Assembly (NCBI GenBank): GCA_040182905.1
Contig: JARQWU010000068.1
Location: 1-39,350, forward strand
DNA: 39,350 bases
Origin: Barthelona sp. PAP020
Lineage: Eukaryota
Direction of reading: 5' to 3'
This document shows, piece after piece, positions 1 to 9,405 of this stretch. The notes below the pieces were generated by a model that did not search any database, was not told the origin of the DNA, and was given only the letters and a program-made list of their open reading frames with translations. Each line of letters starts with the position of its first letter. The first letter of the stretch is position 1. Position numbers and translations under genes: made by a program.

Positions 1-77
1 CAGAAGGGGAATTGAGGGACTGAAATGTAATTGGAACGATCAAGCAGGAGAATATCATAGAAATTCCTCATTCCCAT
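1..77 (-). CDS. 5' fragment of a hypothetical protein running off the left edge (MGMRNFYDILLLDRSNYISVPQFPF...)
   Basis: Own translation: minus-strand ATG at 77 preceded by an A-run like other starts here; the frame stays open to base 1. Only 25 codons are visible, so no family can be assigned. Confidence 0.4.
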   Translation of the reverse strand, partial: MGMRNFYDILLLDRSNYISVPQFPF

Positions 78-270
78 TTTTTTGTTTCTATCCAAAAGCA
101 AAATTTTGAAGTTTAAACTTTACCTTTGAAAATCTAAAGTTTTTCAACAGATCAATCGGGCCTCAAAAGCCTTTAACCAAATAAACACCATTCTATTTTA
201 TTCACTCATACGCACAGTGCTTTTTGGCTTGGAAATAATATACAAAAAAAAAGATAATTTTACAGAATAT

Positions 271-2406
271 TTACTCTCTTCGATAATTCCAGTATCCTTT
301 AGATTCAAATATAAACTCACCACTTTGAAGATGTTTTAAACGTTCAATGAAAAAGTCTTTAGGAACATGCATCTTCAATTCTTCGCAAACTTTTTCGAAC
401 AATTCTTCTTGTTCATGCATTCCATGTTGTTTTAACAACTGAACAATACGACATTCAACTGCATCTCTTGACACCTTAATCATTGACGTAATTTGAGTAT
501 CCATCACTTGATCAGAAACATTTAAGAGATTGATTCTTTCTTCCTTGTAATCGGATACAGTAAAAACCCCATCATTTTCTGTTAAAATTTTAAATTTCAC
601 TAAAGAATCTAATGTAGATGCCACCAATTGAATTGGTAATTGACAACTATCCGCAATAATCTGTTTAGTAGGGGAATTCAAAACACTGAACTGATGAAGC
701 ACGAGCATTTGGGGTTCGGTAACTTGCAGTGTTCTTCCTGCAAATTTAACAATCGCTTGACCATATCCAAAGAGCCATTCAATATTTTTTTCAGGCTTAA
801 GAGATTTATGAAATATTTCAAAACTTTTTCTGGCATTTTCCAAAAAACTTGGAATGTTAGGTTTTAATTTTGCGTTTGTAAGCATCCATAAACTTGGTGA
901 AATAATAGTGGGTCTGAACTTTCGTATTTCAACTGTTAAATTTTTTTTACCGAAAGCATTTACTAATTCTCTGCTACTATTGACATCCAAAATCATTTTA
1001 AACATTTTCTCTGAATATTTCATTCCACATGATTCTCCAAAACGCGATATAATTGATTTTTCCATTCCCAAATTGCATGAAGGACCCAACAACCTCAGTG
1101 AAAGCAAGCTGATATACTGAGTTTTAAAAATTTCATTTGCCCGAATCATGCAAAAAACTTTGTGACACATTTCAAGACCATCTTTTATGCTTTCATTTGT
1201 TCTGTTCATCGAAAGTAATTGATGATATTTCTTTGCTAATAAAATGGCAATAATCACTTCTTCTGAGTTCAAGGCAACTTCAAATACCTCTGAAAGATCT
1301 CGTAAAATTTCTCCATCTGAAAAACCATGTCTTTGCAGAATATCTCGAAGATCGAGCTTTAAAAGAGAATCAATTAATGTGGTAATTTGTTTATCTGAAA
1401 AAGCTAGCGATAAAAGCTTTGACACATGAGATTTATCAGTAAAACTAACATTGAATGGCATACCTGGAACATTACTTAAGGTTGAAAAAGCAGCCTTTGC
1501 TCCTTCTTTAATAAAATTCGTCATTCTATTCACAATTCCTTGAATTTCTTGAGTATGATTCACATACATCTCTATGAACCAAATACAATCGGTAATTTTG
1601 GAAGTATCTGAATCCTTTAAATTGACAATATCATGTAATAAGTTGTCAAAAGAAGGCATTATATTCTCTAAATTTCGCATAACAATATTCTCAAAAACAA
1701 TTCGCTCAACATATGATTTACTCTGAATAATCATCTGATTTGCATCAAAAGTAGGTGGAAAATATTCAGCAAGTAAAACTTCTCGGTCAATACAGCTTTT
1801 AACATTTCTCAAGAATTCAAGAAACTCATTGCCAGTCATTACAGAATTAATATCAAATGTTTTTGAATAATAGTCAATTAAATGAATATCATAGCTTTCA
1901 AAAAAATCAGCAAATAATCCAAAATTATCAAAATTATGTAAACAAATGATAGAATTCGGTTCAAGTCCATTTAATTGACGGAAATTATTAATATCAGCAA
2001 GTATCTCATTAAAAAAAGAATTTAACAAAGATTTTGAATTCTTAAGATTCTTGGTAAAAGAAAATGAAATCAAATTAGAAAAAGAATCATTGGATTCTTT
2101 TATAAAAAAACTGTTCAATGAGGAAAAAGCAATAGAAAAAAATCTCTTCAAATGTTTAGCGAAGATAGCCAAATCATTGAATGATTCAATGTTATTTAAA
2201 GGTAAATTTACAATTTGTTGTTCTACACTGTCATCTACTATCGTTAACAATCGATTAATCAGTTCATTGGAAGGACTTATACTCAACTGTAATCTTGTCA
2301 CAAAAATGAAATGATTGAAATTGTTTGGTATTATTCTATTTTCAAGGGAATTCTTCAATTGATCTTCAATAGCTAACCATTGTCTTGATGGATTGATATC
2401 GGTCAT
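271..2406 (-). CDS. Divergent cullin-family E3 ubiquitin ligase scaffold
   Basis: 711-aa ORF. Cullin homology domain motifs (FKTQYISLLSLRLL, EKSIISRF...CG...KMFKMILD, IEWLFGYGQAIV, LQVTEPQMLVL) and a C-terminal neddylation winged-helix (AVECRIVQLLK...IERLKHLQSGEFI). Confidence 0.85.
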   Translation of the reverse strand: MTDINPSRQWLAIEDQLKNSLENRIIPNNFNHFIFVTRLQLSISPSNELINRLLTIVDDSVEQQIVNLPLNNIESFNDLAIFAKHLKRFFSIAFSSLNSFFIKESNDSFSNLISFSFTKNLKNSKSLLNSFFNEILADINNFRQLNGLEPNSIICLHNFDNFGLFADFFESYDIHLIDYYSKTFDINSVMTGNEFLEFLRNVKSCIDREVLLAEYFPPTFDANQMIIQSKSYVERIVFENIVMRNLENIMPSFDNLLHDIVNLKDSDTSKITDCIWFIEMYVNHTQEIQGIVNRMTNFIKEGAKAAFSTLSNVPGMPFNVSFTDKSHVSKLLSLAFSDKQITTLIDSLLKLDLRDILQRHGFSDGEILRDLSEVFEVALNSEEVIIAILLAKKYHQLLSMNRTNESIKDGLEMCHKVFCMIRANEIFKTQYISLLSLRLLGPSCNLGMEKSIISRFGESCGMKYSEKMFKMILDVNSSRELVNAFGKKNLTVEIRKFRPTIISPSLWMLTNAKLKPNIPSFLENARKSFEIFHKSLKPEKNIEWLFGYGQAIVKFAGRTLQVTEPQMLVLHQFSVLNSPTKQIIADSCQLPIQLVASTLDSLVKFKILTENDGVFTVSDYKEERINLLNVSDQVMDTQITSMIKVSRDAVECRIVQLLKQHGMHEQEELFEKVCEELKMHVPKDFFIERLKHLQSGEFIFESKGYWNYRRE

Positions 2407-2466
2407 TTTTCAACACATAAAAAAAGTTTTTTTTCATTGGCAATGAAATTTGTTGATTAAAATTTT
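2407..2466. promoter_or_regulatory. 60-bp putative bidirectional promoter (cullin / LRR gene)
   Basis: Divergent ATGs at 2406 and 2467; central A-tract followed by T-tract and TCA. Confidence 0.55.
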
Positions 2467-5400
2467 ATGATGAATGAAAATGTAACATATTTATTATCAA
2501 CTCAGATTCAAAAACATTTGGATTCAACGAATATTTCTGATACTCAAATATCATTGGTTAATAAGGATATTGATACAATAGATGTTTTAGATGATGTAAA
2601 ATTTCATCAATTAAAATCAAATGTTGAAGTGTTTTACATTTCAAATAATTACATCAAATCCTTTTCAAATATTGAACAATTTTCGAAATTGAGAATTATT
2701 TCAGCTGCCAATTGTTGTATTCAGAAATTTGGAGATATTATTGCCTTGAAAAAATTGCCACAATTGTCTGTTTTGAATCTTCAATTCAATCCTATCACTT
2801 CATTACCTTTTTATAGAGCTGTAATTATTTCAATGTTTCCATCATTGACTATGTTAGATAGTATAAAGATTACACTGAAAGAAAGAGAAGCTGTTGAAGT
2901 TTTGTTACAACAAAGAGATCTGTACATAAAGTGGATTTCAAACAATTATTTTCATTTAGAACAGCTAAATCTTATTATTAGACAATTGAAATTACATTAT
3001 GAACTTTTTTACCAGTATTTTGAAAAACGTTGTTTTTCAAATCAAGAAATTTTTTGTAAGTTTTCCCATGTTTTATCAAGTTCATTTTACCGTTTTGATT
3101 ATCTTTTAAATATTTTACCTGGCCCTGATATATTGACACCCAAAGATACTGTTGATGAGTTTTTGTTGTTGCAAGTCAGAAAGAAATATTTTGACACTAA
3201 ACAGAAAACTAGCCGATCGCCAAAAAAAGACAATAATCAATGGTTATCCTGCTACAAGGACATTTTAGCAGAACAATCAGTTCAAATTAACAAATCTTTA
3301 ATTTCTTTAGTTAATGCACGTGAACAGGTTCAAGAATTAGTTATGAATGCCTTTCCTCAATTAAGATCCACTTATGTTAAGGTAGATAGTTCTCAATATT
3401 TAATTAATCTGCTACCCAATCAAACTTCCATGTTTCTTTCATCATCTGTTACTCCCGGGTCAATAAATACATCTCCAAATCAAAATATGAATTTTCAAGA
3501 CAAGCAAAAGATTTTGTCACCAGATCATTATGTTGTTACACCTCAACATCATTCTGAAAGCGAAATCAAAAAGAAAAATGGGGTATTTTCCAAAAATGAT
3601 TCTATTAATGATCATACACCTGATACAATATCAGAATCTGTCAACGAAAAGCCTGTAACACCAACTCAAGAAAATACCGCACAATTCTTTCATGATAGCA
3701 ACATTACTTCTCAGAATGTTTTTGACATTGAAAAGGATGAGTCAATCAATTTTACTTCAAAAGAAGATTTGTCAGAAAACCATCACAATGAAAATGTAGC
3801 ACATGAAACACAAACAAGTCTTTCATGTAAAAATTCGAATATACCAGACGCTGACCAGTCTTCTTCGTTGCTTACATTTTCTCAATCTCATATTTCCTCC
3901 TCTAACTTGGTTAAAGATGTTGTAAATTCTAAAGCAAAGGTATTAACGAAAGAATTAACAGATAAATCAACTAAAAACAAGGCAATTGATTCTCATCAAT
4001 TAAAAAGAGCAATTATTGAAGATTTTGAGCATTTTTCAGGTCGAAATTATACTCAAAAACAAATGGATATTCAAACGAAGAGAAGTTCGCATTTGTTAGA
4101 GCAATTAAAGAAGCATAGAACAGATATTATTCAAGCTAACGAGAAAGTGGATATGTTGGAAAGAATGAATGATCAGTTAAGATTTTCTCTTTCAGAAGCC
4201 AGACGTCAGATGAACACAGCTGTTGAAGAGGTTCAAGAAGTTAGCGAAAGTAAAACGGTTAAAATTCATGAATTAAATGCACGAGTAGCTGAGTTAGAAT
4301 CAATTATTGATAAGTTATTTGATCAACAAAATGAAATGGAGAATTTTTACAAAGAAAAAGCTGTTATGAAAGAGTATATAGCAAAACAAAATATTGCTTT
4401 ACATTTACTTGATACTCAATCCATTGACCCTTCTTCCAAGTATGCTTTATTGGGAATTGAACACTTAGATCTTCAATTAGAACAGTCTAATATCGAATTT
4501 GCAAAATTACAACTTTTGAAAACTTGTTTTCAAGGGTTTAAAAATGTCATATTTGAAAAAAAACGTATAAATAAAATTGTTGATGCTTTTGAAGCACGAA
4601 AAATTCAAAGACACTGTTTTTCAAAGTGGTTCAATCTTTATAAGACAAGATACATTTCACCTGAACAAATTGGTTCACTTTGTAATCTTGCAGATGAATA
4701 TTATCGACAAAATGTGGAGCGTGAGGTATTAAATGGGTTTGTTCGTTATTTAAAGTCAAACAGATATGAAAGACGTTTGAATAAGCGGGCTGATTTGTCA
4801 TTCAAAAGTGTTATTTTTGAAAAGTGGGAAAATGCTAGATTTAATTCTCAAAGAAATGATTTCTTGTTTTCAAAGGCCGAGTATTTTTATAAAATTCGAA
4901 TTCTATCCAAAGTTTTTGGAATAATGAAAAGAAATTATGGAAAACAACAATCTATTGAACTATATGAAAGGAAAGCTAAAAATTTTGAGCGTACTTATTT
5001 ACTTTTGAAGAGTTTTAGAGCTTTTAAGAGCGAAACTTCAAGTAGTAGACAAAAGAACAATTCTGAAGTACTTTTAATGTGGCATCGATATATTTTATCG
5101 GATAAATTGGCAAAAAAACAAAAAAAACATGCTATAATGATGCAACAAAAAAACGAAAAACGCTTATTTGTGAACGTATTTACCGCTTGGAAAAATATCA
5201 CACATCGTTCTTCCTACATTGAAACAATTTGTAACGCATTAGCCAAAAGGCACAGATTGCTCATTCTTGGTCGATTTTTTTCAAATTGGAAGCATAGCCT
5301 ATTAATTCGTTTTGGTGAAGCCCTTCTAGTTTACAGAACCAATGAACAACTCATGACAAATAAGTATATTGACGAACGTAATAAACGTGTTTCATTGGAA

Positions 5401-5982
5401 GAAGAATTAACCAAATCCAATATTTCATTGGCTAAACAAGAGAATGACATTCACATGATGGAAATAATGAATAGCACTGATAAGGATATTTTGAATGAAA
5501 TTAATGAACAAAAGATGACCCTTAATGACAAGTTGTCTGAAGCTCAAAATCAAATTAATCAAAAACAAGCAGAAGTTAATGGTTGGCAACAAAAATGGGC
5601 GGAAAAAGCTGCTGATACTTCATTTGAACATTCCAGCATTGGCAATTTTGAATCTCCAACTCAAAAAAAATTTAAATTGACAAATAAATTGTTGAATACT
5701 GATTCTACCCCTTTTATGGATTATATGCATGTTCATATTGATAATGATATGGAAAAACCTCATATCAACCATGAAATACCAAATGAGAAAATGCAAGAAA
5801 GTGAAAAGAATAAGAAACGATCAAATTCTATTGAAAAACAATTGGAAGATCAATTTTTGAAAATTTCATCTTTGTTAAGCAACCCTCCAAAGAAATTACA
5901 TGTTTATAATTCAAAAAGTCCTGTAAATGGGCTGAATGTTAATGTAAAGACAGACTCTACTCTGTCATTAGATGAATTGTAG
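2467..5982 (+). CDS. LRR + coiled-coil + Sfi1-like repeat protein, putative centriole/basal-body protein
   Basis: 1171-aa ORF. N-terminal SDS22-like LRRs with an LRRcap (LNLQFNPITSLPFYRAVIISMFPSLTMLD), a Ser/Asn-rich linker, coiled coils, then helical repeats resembling LLxxxFxxW[KR] (RHCFSKWF, VIFEKWEN, VNVFTAWKN, GRFFSNWKH). Confidence 0.7.
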   Translation: MMNENVTYLLSTQIQKHLDSTNISDTQISLVNKDIDTIDVLDDVKFHQLKSNVEVFYISNNYIKSFSNIEQFSKLRIISAANCCIQKFGDIIALKKLPQLSVLNLQFNPITSLPFYRAVIISMFPSLTMLDSIKITLKEREAVEVLLQQRDLYIKWISNNYFHLEQLNLIIRQLKLHYELFYQYFEKRCFSNQEIFCKFSHVLSSSFYRFDYLLNILPGPDILTPKDTVDEFLLLQVRKKYFDTKQKTSRSPKKDNNQWLSCYKDILAEQSVQINKSLISLVNAREQVQELVMNAFPQLRSTYVKVDSSQYLINLLPNQTSMFLSSSVTPGSINTSPNQNMNFQDKQKILSPDHYVVTPQHHSESEIKKKNGVFSKNDSINDHTPDTISESVNEKPVTPTQENTAQFFHDSNITSQNVFDIEKDESINFTSKEDLSENHHNENVAHETQTSLSCKNSNIPDADQSSSLLTFSQSHISSSNLVKDVVNSKAKVLTKELTDKSTKNKAIDSHQLKRAIIEDFEHFSGRNYTQKQMDIQTKRSSHLLEQLKKHRTDIIQANEKVDMLERMNDQLRFSLSEARRQMNTAVEEVQEVSESKTVKIHELNARVAELESIIDKLFDQQNEMENFYKEKAVMKEYIAKQNIALHLLDTQSIDPSSKYALLGIEHLDLQLEQSNIEFAKLQLLKTCFQGFKNVIFEKKRINKIVDAFEARKIQRHCFSKWFNLYKTRYISPEQIGSLCNLADEYYRQNVEREVLNGFVRYLKSNRYERRLNKRADLSFKSVIFEKWENARFNSQRNDFLFSKAEYFYKIRILSKVFGIMKRNYGKQQSIELYERKAKNFERTYLLLKSFRAFKSETSSSRQKNNSEVLLMWHRYILSDKLAKKQKKHAIMMQQKNEKRLFVNVFTAWKNITHRSSYIETICNALAKRHRLLILGRFFSNWKHSLLIRFGEALLVYRTNEQLMTNKYIDERNKRVSLEEELTKSNISLAKQENDIHMMEIMNSTDKDILNEINEQKMTLNDKLSEAQNQINQKQAEVNGWQQKWAEKAADTSFEHSSIGNFESPTQKKFKLTNKLLNTDSTPFMDYMHVHIDNDMEKPHINHEIPNEKMQESEKNKKRSNSIEKQLEDQFLKISSLLSNPPKKLHVYNSKSPVNGLNVNVKTDSTLSLDEL

Positions 5983-6144
5983 TATTTTCTTCAAGTTCAT
6001 TTGTATGTTTTTAAATCAATAAATAGCTCTGTTTTTACCTTTCTTTTGAATTGTTTATTTTTTCTTTTGCAATAAATTTACCAATTGTTTGTTAAAATCG
6101 TCTTGTGGGTCCCACGTCAAATCAACAAAGAAAAAAAAAAGATT

Positions 6145-7341
6145 TTATTTGTTTTCTAACACACCTAAAACTAAAGATGATGATATTGTATCACCCAAAC
6201 CAACAGTAGACGTAATTGGATTGATAATACAAGGACGATACCAATGAATTAATTCAGGTGACACATATGTTCCTTCCTTATCAAGCTCATCAATAAAATT
6301 ATATTCAACGTGACTTTCAACAGACTCAGGTAAAGATCTAACCTTAACAATAACTTCTTCTGCAATTTTAAAACCTCTTTCAAAGTCTTCTTTCTCAAAT
6401 TTGATGCAACCAGGAGAATTAGGCTCAATAGCAATGTACAAACCTAAACAATGAAACAAAATCAATCCAACAGGCATGATATGAGCGAAATGTCTGAGAA
6501 CCTCTTGATGACTGGCATCAGGATCATAATTATCAAATAAAGAATCAGCAAACAACCTTAATTCAACTTCATTAAGCCCAATAGAATCTGCATTGGGTAA
6601 CAAGTCATGTACAATAAAATCACGCACAATATTATCAGAAGCAAATGCCATTTCATAATGTAACCACTTGGATCTTTCTTGTAAATCCTTTATTAATTCT
6701 TGATGCATTTTTCTGAATTCATTAGTAACAATATCAGATTTCAAAAGATGAAATCCAGAATATAATATGGTCCATTCCTTATCAATGAAATTTTTATATT
6801 GTTTGATGAAATGTTCATCCAAAGCAAGTACAGAATTTGTTTCATCATATGTCAAAATGATTCTGTTTGCACGAGGGGTTTTCTGACCATCAACCATCAG
6901 ATCCTTTTGATATTCGGCAACAATATGAATAGGTGCAGGTTCATCAACAGGTTCAACTGAACTGAGTGGGACTAAACCATCTTCACCAAAAACAAGAGCA
7001 GTAGGACAGACAGATTTGACATATGACAATAATTGAGGAGCTCTATTAGGCAAATGAAGAACTGGAGTATGATTGGGGAAAGAGTTAATAACATTTTGGA
7101 AAAAAAAACCTTCTTGTCCACCTAAGACAAATTCATGAGGAAATGATTTCAAAACTTCATTTACAAGCTCAGGAGAAACAAGTTCTTCACGAGCAAGCCC
7201 AGAATGTATGGTAGGGATCATTAATTCATACACATCTTCATCAGTTGCTTTCAAAATTTGGACCAATTTCTCAAAATCTTCTTCACTGTTAATGTGCACC
7301 AAAGCGTCTAAATTAATGTTCAATCCAACAAAAACGTACAT
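6145..7341 (-). CDS. ADP-dependent glucokinase/phosphofructokinase family enzyme (ribokinase superfamily), probably a glucokinase
   Basis: Family motifs in the expected order: GLNINLDA, LGGQ, IHIVAEY, PRANRII, SGFHLL, HYEMA, SIGLNEVEL (NxxE), STVGLGDTISS (catalytic Asp). Start moved from the non-ATG codon at 7413 to the first ATG at 7341 (MYVFVGLN), where similarity begins. Confidence 0.9.
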   Translation of the reverse strand: MYVFVGLNINLDALVHINSEEDFEKLVQILKATDEDVYELMIPTIHSGLAREELVSPELVNEVLKSFPHEFVLGGQEGFFFQNVINSFPNHTPVLHLPNRAPQLLSYVKSVCPTALVFGEDGLVPLSSVEPVDEPAPIHIVAEYQKDLMVDGQKTPRANRIILTYDETNSVLALDEHFIKQYKNFIDKEWTILYSGFHLLKSDIVTNEFRKMHQELIKDLQERSKWLHYEMAFASDNIVRDFIVHDLLPNADSIGLNEVELRLFADSLFDNYDPDASHQEVLRHFAHIMPVGLILFHCLGLYIAIEPNSPGCIKFEKEDFERGFKIAEEVIVKVRSLPESVESHVEYNFIDELDKEGTYVSPELIHWYRPCIINPITSTVGLGDTISSSLVLGVLENK

Positions 7342-7612
7342 TTTCGGGAAAATTCGAAATGAAAAAAATATAAAAAATCTGGTTTTGCTTTCATAATTCT
7401 TTTGTGATCTCAATTTATTTTAAAGAATTAGTTTCAAAAAAAGACATATTTCTCTTTAAATTGAAGGAAACTTTCTCAAAAAAAAGAAAAAAGAATTTAT
7501 TTTTGAAAATCCGATAAAGATACAAATATCTATCAATAAACATAATGTAATAGTAATGTTGATTCCAAAAACATTCAGCAAAAAGAAATGTTAAATGTAT
7601 ACAAATTTGCTC

Positions 7613-8074
7613 TCATAACTTTGGAGGAATTTGAGGTTTTTGGAAGGATAAAATACTTGATGAACCTTTTGGGGGAATTTTATGCGGAATCATTGGAGCG
7701 GAAAAGAGGTTTGGTAGTTGATGAGGTTGATGGATTTGAAAAGGAATTGTTGGATTCTTTGTGTGAATGGCACTTTCTTTTTGAACAATTTCGTTGGGTT
7801 TTACACTTTGAACGTCAATATTTTGAGCTTTTATTGAATTTCTTTCCTTTTCTTTTGTATTTTCTCCATCTTTTTGAATATTAGATGCTTTTGTATTAAC
7901 TAATTCTGGAATAAATTGTTTTGGTGGTTGATAAATGCCATTTAACGCCGCAAATTTTTGCCAATATTCTCTAACATTGTTTCTGTGTGGTTTTCCTGTG
8001 TAATGTGATTCTCTAACGCTTCTAGAATCATGTGTTAAGTACACATCACAATAATCACAATAATATTTTGACAT
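7613..8074 (-). CDS. SNRPC: U1 snRNP protein C (U1-C)
   Basis: [30 protein letters not shown] matches the U1-C N-terminal zinc finger, which begins the protein in known orthologues; Pro-rich tail follows. Start therefore at the ATG at 8074, not 8170. Confidence 0.93.
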   Translation of the reverse strand: MSKYYCDYCDVYLTHDSRSVRESHYTGKPHRNNVREYWQKFAALNGIYQPPKQFIPELVNTKASNIQKDGENTKEKERNSIKAQNIDVQSVKPNEIVQKESAIHTKNPTIPFQIHQPHQLPNLFSAPMIPHKIPPKGSSSILSFQKPQIPPKL

Positions 8075-8076
8075 TA

Positions 8077-8733
8077 ATGCTTTTTTCAGAAAATTACGTT
8101 GAGACTGAAGAAGTTTCTCGAAGATTATTCGAAAAACTTGACATTGATAACAATGGATATATTGATACAACAGAATTAAAAATAATAATGAAGAGTTTAC
8201 AATTGTATCCTACATTGAAACAATTGAAATCAATTATTCGGGAAGTGGTGGAAGGTCCACGCTTACGAATAGATTATCAGAAATTTCGAGAGATCAGAGC
8301 CAATAAAATGTCTGTTGAATTTAATGTTTTGGCTGAATTCAAAAAATTTGACATTTCTCCCCTGCATCGAGGATTCATTACACCTGATTCAGTCTTTAGA
8401 GTTTGTATAGAAGAAGGTTTTGATGAAGAAACTTCCAAAGAGTATGTTAAAGAAATGATGGAATTGGACACAAATTTTGATGGAAAGATTTCATATTTAG
8501 ACTTGTTTGATTTTATGATGAATAGAGTACCTGATGAATGGTTGCAATGGATTTTTGAAAATGAAATTCGTGGTGTTTCTGATGAAAAAATAATCCAAGT
8601 TTTAACAACGAACGGATTTCCGAATGATTTGGCAGAAGAATTATTGAATTTAACCAAGGAAAAAGGCAGACAAACTGTAAAGAGGTCATATGCTGATGAT
8701 GGACGGAATTATATATACACCTTAAAAGCGTAA
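8077..8733 (+). CDS. Calmodulin-like EF-hand protein with an extra C-terminal helical domain
   Basis: Canonical EF loops [12 protein letters not shown] and [12 protein letters not shown] plus degenerate ones. The only in-frame ATG upstream of EF1 is at 8077 (the track start at 8032 is GTG). Confidence 0.8.
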   Translation: MLFSENYVETEEVSRRLFEKLDIDNNGYIDTTELKIIMKSLQLYPTLKQLKSIIREVVEGPRLRIDYQKFREIRANKMSVEFNVLAEFKKFDISPLHRGFITPDSVFRVCIEEGFDEETSKEYVKEMMELDTNFDGKISYLDLFDFMMNRVPDEWLQWIFENEIRGVSDEKIIQVLTTNGFPNDLAEELLNLTKEKGRQTVKRSYADDGRNYIYTLKA

Positions 8734-8829
8734 CTATACATATTCTTGTAATCTTTTTAATGTAAAAAATACAGTGCTATTTATTGTTCCATTTTATTTC
8801 ATTTTTGTATTTTTTTTCAATATTAGAAC

Positions 8830-9357
8830 ATGGGTTCACATGGCAGTACACTTGGCGATGATGAATTAGAAGAGTTGCAAAAAGTGTCGAAGTTTACGCC
8901 AAATCAATTGAAAAAATTATATCGACGTTTTCAAGAACTTGACACTGATAACTCAGGACGTATATCAACGACAGAATTTTATGTGTTACCTGAATTAGCG
9001 ATGAATCCGCTGAGGTCACGTGTTTTGGCCATTTTTGATAGGGATCTTGACAATCAAGTGAATTTTAAAGAATTCGTCAGTACACTTTCTGTATTTTCTC
9101 CACAAGCAGATCGTATGGAAAAATTAAAGTTTGCTTTCAATGTCTATGATACAAATCAAGATGGTTTTATTGATAAAGAAGAGTTAACTGTAGTTTTGCA
9201 ATTATTGGTTGGTACCAATTTAGAAGAAGGACAACTTAATTCTATTGTTGACAAAACATTCCGTGAAGCAAATGTTGATGATAAAATAACATTTTCTAAA
9301 TTTTGTGACTTGATGAAGAATTCAGATGTGGTGTCTGATATGACCTTAAAGTTTTAA
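8830..9357 (+). CDS. CNB1: Calcineurin regulatory subunit B
   Basis: 175 aa. MGxxxS myristoylation motif, LYRRFQELDTDNSGRIS, LPELAMNPL, EKLKFAFNVYDTNQDGFI, LVGTNLEEGQLNSIVDKT. Confidence 0.9.
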   Translation: MGSHGSTLGDDELEELQKVSKFTPNQLKKLYRRFQELDTDNSGRISTTEFYVLPELAMNPLRSRVLAIFDRDLDNQVNFKEFVSTLSVFSPQADRMEKLKFAFNVYDTNQDGFIDKEELTVVLQLLVGTNLEEGQLNSIVDKTFREANVDDKITFSKFCDLMKNSDVVSDMTLKF

Positions 9358-9405
9358 ATATTTATGTAAAAAGCAAGTTTTTATTATTTATTATGTTAAA
9401 ATATG

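Noticed and set aside
7342..7413. N-terminal extension of the ADP-kinase ORF with a Phe-rich stretch resembling a targeting peptide
   Set aside because: It starts at a non-ATG codon and is simply the translated T-rich promoter tract; family similarity begins at the ATG at 7341.
8032..8170. Apparent 139-bp coding overlap between the U1-C and EF-hand ORFs in the track
   Set aside because: Homology places the U1-C start at 8074 and the first EF-hand gene ATG at 8077, so the coding regions abut rather than overlap.
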